A stretch of 64,000 nt of DNA from Coriobacteriia bacterium (GTDB lineage Bacteria; Actinomycetota; Coriobacteriia; Anaerosomatales; JAAXUF01), in the NCBI GenBank assembly GCA_038245725.1, contig JBBRSD010000004.1, forward strand, positions 26,591 through 90,590, read 5' to 3'. A program made the translations under genes and the position numbers. Numbering within the stretch: position 1 is the stretch's first letter; each line of letters starts with the position of its first letter. The notes under the pieces were generated by a model. The model saw only the letters and a list, made by a program, of their open reading frames with translations, was not told the origin of the DNA and did not search any database. Below, piece after piece: positions 59,024 to 64,000 of this stretch.

Positions 59024-60103
59024 ATGACAGCCAAGAAACGCACGCTCACCGGCTACCGTCCGACCGGCAAGCTCCACATCGGGCATTGGTTCGGCAACCT
59101 TCAGAATATGCTCGCGATGCAGCACGAGTACGACGCGTACTACTTCATCGCCGACTACCACGCGCTCACGACGGCGTGGCAGGACCCGAGCCACGTCCGT
59201 GAGTCCACCGAAGAGATGGTGCTCGACTGGCTCGCGGCAGGTCTCGACCCCGATATCTGCACGATCTACCGCCAGTCCGACGTCTCCGAGGTCGTCGAAC
59301 TGATGACGTTCTTCTCAATGGTGACGCCGAAGCCTTGGCTCGAGCGCGTCCCGAGCTACAAGGAGCAGCGCGAGCAGATCACCGACAAGGACCTCGGCAA
59401 CCTTGGCTTCTTCCTCTACCCTCTGCTGCAGGCGGCCGACATCACCGTCGTGCTCGCCGATGCCGTGCCGGTGGGCGAGGACCAGCTCCCGCATCTAGAG
59501 CTCACCCGCGAGATTGTTCGCCGCTTCAACAACGCCTACGGCGACTACCTCGTCGAGCCGAAGGCCATCATCGCGAAAGAGGGCGCTCGCGTTCCCGGGA
59601 CCGACGGCCGGAAGATGAGCAAGAGCTACGGCAACGCCATCTACATCAGCGACTCACCGGACGAGATGCGCGCCAAGGTCATGTCGTTCGTGACCGACCC
59701 GCAACGCAGGCTCAAGACCGATCCCGGCGACCCGGACATCTGCCCGCTGCACGCCGTCCACAAGCTCATCGCCCCTGCCGATGAAATCGCGGACTGGGAT
59801 CGGTGTTGCCGCAGTGCCGAATGTGGTTGTGTTGCGCACAAGCGGAAGCTCGCAGACGATCTCATCGAATACTTCGCCGCGTTCCAGACCCGCCGAGCAG
59901 AGCTCGCAGCGATCCCGAATCACGCGTGGAACGTGCTTGCAGGCGGCGCGCAGAAGGCTCGTCCGATCACGAGCGAGGTCGTCTCGACGTGTCGCGAACT
60001 CATCGGCATCGAGACGCGCACGTCGCTGTCGGCGGGCATCAAGCCGCGCGACCCCAAGGCGGTTCGCGAGGAGTCCGCTCCGAGCTACCTCGACGGCGAG
60101 TAG
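59024..60103 (+). CDS. trpS: Tryptophan-tRNA ligase
   Basis: RPTGKLHIGH, YPLLQAADI, VPVGEDQ, KMSKS. Confidence 0.97.
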   Translation: MTAKKRTLTGYRPTGKLHIGHWFGNLQNMLAMQHEYDAYYFIADYHALTTAWQDPSHVRESTEEMVLDWLAAGLDPDICTIYRQSDVSEVVELMTFFSMVTPKPWLERVPSYKEQREQITDKDLGNLGFFLYPLLQAADITVVLADAVPVGEDQLPHLELTREIVRRFNNAYGDYLVEPKAIIAKEGARVPGTDGRKMSKSYGNAIYISDSPDEMRAKVMSFVTDPQRRLKTDPGDPDICPLHAVHKLIAPADEIADWDRCCRSAECGCVAHKRKLADDLIEYFAAFQTRRAELAAIPNHAWNVLAGGAQKARPITSEVVSTCRELIGIETRTSLSAGIKPRDPKAVREESAPSYLDGE

Positions 60104-60113
60104 GGCGACTCAG

Positions 60114-60893
60114 TTGAGCGGCTACACCGTCAAGACCGACGTGTTCGAGGGTCCCTTCGACCTGTTGCTGCACCTCGTCTCGCGTCAGAAGCTCGATGTC
60201 GCCGCGATCTCAGTATCCGAAGTCGCCGACCAGTACCTCGCCTACATAGACCGAATCACCGACCTCGACCTCGACATCGCGAGTGACTTTCTGCTCGTCG
60301 CCGCCACACTCCTTGAGATAAAGGCGTCCTCGCTCCTCCCCAAAGACGAGCAGTATTTCGGGGACGAACTCGACGACCTATCACCGGATGAGGCTCGCGA
60401 CATCCTCGTTGCGCGCCTCCTGTCCTACAAGCAGTTCAAGAACGCGGCCGGGGAGCTCGCCGCTCGCATGGAGTCCGAGGATCGGATGCATCCGCGCCAG
60501 GCGGGACTCGAGCGAGACTTCCTCACCCTCATGCCGGACTATCTCGAAGGCGTCACGCTGCGCGGACTCGCCGTCATCTGCGCAGACCTCCTGCACCGCC
60601 GCGACGTCTTCTTGCTTGAGGCCGAGCATGTGGCGTCGATGCCGATCTCTTTGGAACTCCACGCCGAGAGCGTCCACCGGCAGCTTCAGCGGCACGGAAC
60701 AGTGCGCTTCAGCGAGATCGTCGCAGGCAACGCGACGCTCGAGGTCATCGTGGTAACGTTCCTTGCTGTCCTCGAGCTGTACAAGCGCGGGCTGGCCGAC
60801 ATCACGCAAGACCATGTCTTCGGCGAGATTGTGGTCACGAACATCGATGCAGAAGAGGCCGCATCGCGCGGCTTCGTTGAGGAGCGGGAGTGA
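60114..60893 (+). CDS. scpA: Segregation and condensation protein A
   Basis: FEGPFDLLLHL, FLLVAATLLEIK, VVTFLAVLEL. TTG start. Confidence 0.94.
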   Translation: MSGYTVKTDVFEGPFDLLLHLVSRQKLDVAAISVSEVADQYLAYIDRITDLDLDIASDFLLVAATLLEIKASSLLPKDEQYFGDELDDLSPDEARDILVARLLSYKQFKNAAGELAARMESEDRMHPRQAGLERDFLTLMPDYLEGVTLRGLAVICADLLHRRDVFLLEAEHVASMPISLELHAESVHRQLQRHGTVRFSEIVAGNATLEVIVVTFLAVLELYKRGLADITQDHVFGEIVVTNIDAEEAASRGFVEERE

Positions 60894-61519
60894 CCATGGC
60901 GCAGGACCTGAAGCTTCGTGGGGCGCTCGAAGCGCTTCTGTTCGTCTCAGACGAGCCAGTCTCGGCGGCCAGGCTCGCCAAGGTGATCGACGCCGCGCCT
61001 TCCGACGTCGACTCGGCGCTTGCCGAACTCGCTCAGGAGTATCAGGAGACCGAACGCGGATTCCAGCTGCGCGAGGTCGCGGGCGGCTGGCGCTTCTACA
61101 CGCATCCGGGATTCCACGACGTCATCGAGACGTACGTGCTGTCCTGGGACACGCGCAGGCTTTCGCAGGCAGCGCTCGAGGCGCTGGCGGTCGTCGCGTA
61201 CCACCAGCCGGTCTCGCGAAACGGGATCAACGCCGTCCGCGGCGTGAACAGCGAGGGTGTCGTCGCGTCGCTCGCCGAGAAGGGCCTCGTTCGCGAAGTG
61301 GGCCGAGACAAGAACGCGGGCAACTCGATCCTGTACGGCACCACGCGCACCTTCCTCGAGAAGTTCGGACTCAAGGACCTCAGCGAACTGCCACCGATCG
61401 AGGAGTTCGCGCCCGACTCCGAGACCGAGCGGGCGGTTCGCGATCGGTTGTCCTCCACAGATGGCCCGGTGTTCGGCGCTGAAGACGCAACCGACGAAGA
61501 CGTCGAGTTGGTTGACTAG
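60890..61519 (+). CDS. scpB: Segregation and condensation protein B
   Basis: LEALLF, LSQAALEAL..VAY.QP, RGV, LYGTT..FL..FGL. Confidence 0.95.
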   Translation: MTMAQDLKLRGALEALLFVSDEPVSAARLAKVIDAAPSDVDSALAELAQEYQETERGFQLREVAGGWRFYTHPGFHDVIETYVLSWDTRRLSQAALEALAVVAYHQPVSRNGINAVRGVNSEGVVASLAEKGLVREVGRDKNAGNSILYGTTRTFLEKFGLKDLSELPPIEEFAPDSETERAVRDRLSSTDGPVFGAEDATDEDVELVD

Positions 61520-61523
61520 AGCG

Positions 61524-62336
61524 ATGAACGAAGCCGACCGCGACCGTCGTGAGACCGGACGCGCTCCTGTTGCCCAGGGCGACGAGCGCCTGGTTCCCAT
61601 GCGCCTCCAGAAGTTCCTTGCGCGCGCCGGCGCTGCATCCCGCCGGGGCAGCGAGGACCTTATGACAGCAGGCCGGGTCGCCGTCAACGGCGTCGTCGTG
61701 ACCGAACTCGGTGCCAAGGTGGATCCTGCGGTCGATTCGGTGACGGTGGATGGTATACGCGTTTCACCCGCGGACGAGCCCGTGTATCTCGCCTTCAACA
61801 AGCCCGCCGGCGTCGTCACCACGATGAGTGATCCGCAAGGTCGCATGACCGTCGCGGCGCTCGTCCCGGTCAAAGACCACCCGGGACTGTTCCCGGTCGG
61901 TCGGCTCGACTACGACACGACCGGCCTGCTGCTCTTCACCACCGACGGCGAGATCGCGCATCGTCTTTTGCACCCGAGCCGCCACGTGGAGAAGGTCTAC
62001 CGCGCGCTCATCGACGGCCGCGCGACCGAGGCCGAACTCGACCGCATCCGGGACGGCGTCGAGCTCGACGACGGCGTCACAGCGCCGGCCCGCGTGCGTT
62101 CGTTGCGCTCGTCGGGCACGACCACCTTCGTCGAGATCGCCATCCGAGAAGGACGCAAGCGCCAGGTGCGGCGGATGTTCTCGAAGATCCACCACCCGGT
62201 CCTCGAGCTGCACAGAGTGAGCTTCGGCCCGGTCGATCTCGGCGATTTGCGCAAGGCCGGGTGGCGTGTTCTTACTCCCGAGGAAGTCGCGGCGCTTCGC
62301 GACGCGGTTGGGATGACGCAGGAGGGGCGCGGCTGA
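61524..62336 (+). CDS. rluB: rRNA pseudouridine synthase (RluB/RsuA family)
   Basis: RLQKFLA...SRR S4 domain, NKPAG, VGRLD, EGRKRQVRRM. Follows scpB. Confidence 0.9.
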   Translation: MNEADRDRRETGRAPVAQGDERLVPMRLQKFLARAGAASRRGSEDLMTAGRVAVNGVVVTELGAKVDPAVDSVTVDGIRVSPADEPVYLAFNKPAGVVTTMSDPQGRMTVAALVPVKDHPGLFPVGRLDYDTTGLLLFTTDGEIAHRLLHPSRHVEKVYRALIDGRATEAELDRIRDGVELDDGVTAPARVRSLRSSGTTTFVEIAIREGRKRQVRRMFSKIHHPVLELHRVSFGPVDLGDLRKAGWRVLTPEEVAALRDAVGMTQEGRG

Positions 62337-62944
62337 TGGCACTCGTAGTGATCACCGGAGGCGCGCGAAGTGGCAAGTCGGGCGCCGCTCAGCGCTTGGC
62401 TGAGGCGCGCGCTCGCGACGGCAAGCGCGTCGTAGTCGCCGTCTTTGCGTCAGAGACCGACGCCGAGATGACCGACCGGATCGCTCATCACCAAGCCAGT
62501 CGCCCCGACGGCTTTACCGTTGTCGAAGCGACGGATTCCGAGTCATGGCTCGATGCGGCAGGTCACGATGATCTGCTGGTCGTCGACTGTCTCGGTACCT
62601 GTGTGGGGCGTGCGATGCTCGAGGTGTGGGAGAGCGTTGTGCCCGCTGGCACCGACATGAGTGACGCCGCAGAGCTGCCCGCCCGCTTCGAGACCGAGTT
62701 CACGGCGCGCGCGACTGCGCTCGTCGGTCGAGTCGCCGCTCGGACCGGCGACACCGTTGTCGTTACCAACGAGGTTGGGTCTGGTATCGTCCCGGCGTAC
62801 GCCACAGGTCGCCTCTTTCGAGACGTGCTTGGCCGCGCGAATGCCGTGCTGATCGGTGGCGCGGATGCAGCATACATCGCCGTAGGCGGCAGGCTGATCG
62901 ACCTCGGCTCGCTTCCGCGCGATATCGCCTGGCCTCGAGACTGA
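62336..62944 (+). CDS. cobU: Adenosylcobinamide kinase / cobinamide-phosphate guanylyltransferase
   Basis: GGARSGKS, RIAHHQASRP, VDCL, TNEVGSG, FRD.LG..N. Confidence 0.9.
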   Translation: MALVVITGGARSGKSGAAQRLAEARARDGKRVVVAVFASETDAEMTDRIAHHQASRPDGFTVVEATDSESWLDAAGHDDLLVVDCLGTCVGRAMLEVWESVVPAGTDMSDAAELPARFETEFTARATALVGRVAARTGDTVVVTNEVGSGIVPAYATGRLFRDVLGRANAVLIGGADAAYIAVGGRLIDLGSLPRDIAWPRD

Positions 62945-62966
62945 CCTTCTGGAAAGGACGACCTGC

Positions 62967-64000
62967 ATGACGCCCGACACCACGTTCGAAGACCAGCTCT
63001 CTGCCGTCATCGGCTCTGTCACCGCGACGGATCCGGCCGCCGAAACGGCTGCGTGGGAGCGGCTCGACAGCCTTACGAAGCCGCCCCGGTCGCTCGGCAG
63101 GCTCGAGACGATCGCGGCTCAGATAGCCCGCATCCAGGGAAACGTTCGTCCGAACGTCGAGCGCAAGCAGGTCCTGCTCATGGCAGGGGATCACGGAGTG
63201 GTCGCCGAGGGCGTCTCGGCGTATCCGCAGGATGTCACGTGGCAGATGGTCGCGAACTTCTCGGCGGGGGGCGCTGCGATCAACCAGATCGCGGCCTCTG
63301 TGGGTGCTGGCGTCGAGGTCTACGACGTCGGTGTCGCGCACGATCTTGAGGACTTCCCGGGCATTCGCCACGCCAACGTCGCGCGCGGGACCGCCAACAT
63401 GGCGCTCGGACCGGCGATGACGCGAGAGGAGTGCGCACGCGCCGTGCTCGTCGGCGTGCAAGCCGCTCGCGAGGCCGCCGAAGTCGGCGTCACGCTGCTG
63501 GGGACCGGCGAGATGGGCATCGGCAACACGACGGCGGCTGCAGCGCTGACGGCGGCGTTCACCGGCGCCGATGTCGAGCGTGTCGTAGGCCGCGGGACCG
63601 GACTCGACGATGCGGGCGTCGCCCGCAAAGCGCAGGTCGTGCGCACCGCGCTCGCAGTGAACTCGGCAGCTGACCTCGACACGCTCGGCGTGCTCGCCGC
63701 CGTGGGCGGGCTCGAGATCGCCGCGCTGGCGGGCGTTATCATCGGAGCGGCCGAGGAGGGCGTAGCGGTTGTCTCCGACGGCTATATCTCCGGCGCGGCG
63801 ACCCTTGCGGCTCTCGCGCTGTGCCCGGTCACCCGCGACTACGTGTTCCCGTCGCACCTCAGCGTGGAGCCGGGACACCGGGTGCTGCTCGACTTCATCG
63901 GGCTTGCGCCCGTGTTCGATCTCGACATGCGGCTCGGAGAAGGCACCGGCGCGGCGCTCGCGATGGGTGTCATCGACGCTGCCTGCCACATGATGTCTGG
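62967..64000 (+). CDS. cobT: Nicotinate-nucleotide-dimethylbenzimidazole phosphoribosyltransferase, 3'-truncated by window edge
   Basis: Absent from the ORF track because there is no stop in the window. Manual translation gives LTKPPRSLGRLE, DHGV..EGVS.YP, GEMGIGNTT, GRGTG, MRLGEGTG. Confidence 0.95.
   Translation, partial: MTPDTTFEDQLSAVIGSVTATDPAAETAAWERLDSLTKPPRSLGRLETIAAQIARIQGNVRPNVERKQVLLMAGDHGVVAEGVSAYPQDVTWQMVANFSAGGAAINQIAASVGAGVEVYDVGVAHDLEDFPGIRHANVARGTANMALGPAMTREECARAVLVGVQAAREAAEVGVTLLGTGEMGIGNTTAAAALTAAFTGADVERVVGRGTGLDDAGVARKAQVVRTALAVNSAADLDTLGVLAAVGGLEIAALAGVIIGAAEEGVAVVSDGYISGAATLAALALCPVTRDYVFPSHLSVEPGHRVLLDFIGLAPVFDLDMRLGEGTGAALAMGVIDAACHMMS

Overview
High-GC bacterial chromosomal window, most likely from an anaerobic Actinomycetota of class Coriobacteriia. 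That assignment is inferred from the glyQ/glyS-type GlyRS, PPDK, the Firmicutes-like gene order and the high GC. From left to right it contains: (1) a housekeeping block, acyltransferase-recO-glyQ-glyS-PPDK regulator-ppdK-dgt-dnaG-rpoD, followed by tRNA-Asn and tRNA-Ile2; (2) a ~15.6 kb Wzx/Wzy surface-polysaccharide locus ending at galE and tRNA-Val; (3) an accessory block with a PocR-PAS-HD-GYP protein, a secreted GH33 sialidase, a large FN3-bearing multicopper oxidase and a divergent two-component pair; (4) an ABC-F gene; (5) an 11-gene complex I operon (nuoABCDHIJKLMN) with no nuoEFG; (6) a candidate structured RNA, an FlgM-like gene, an MshEN-PilB ATPase, deoB-pdp, an M50 protease, trpS-scpA-scpB-rluB-cobU-cobT. 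The main finding is in the complex I operon. Its NuoI is about 690 aa because a complete, circularly permuted GltD/NfnB-like FAD/NAD(P)H Fe-S flavoprotein is inserted inside it. This looks like a built-in replacement for the missing NuoEFG electron-input module. The operon promoter is overlapped by a Rex-like palindrome. All calls come from motif reading by eye; no database searches were run.
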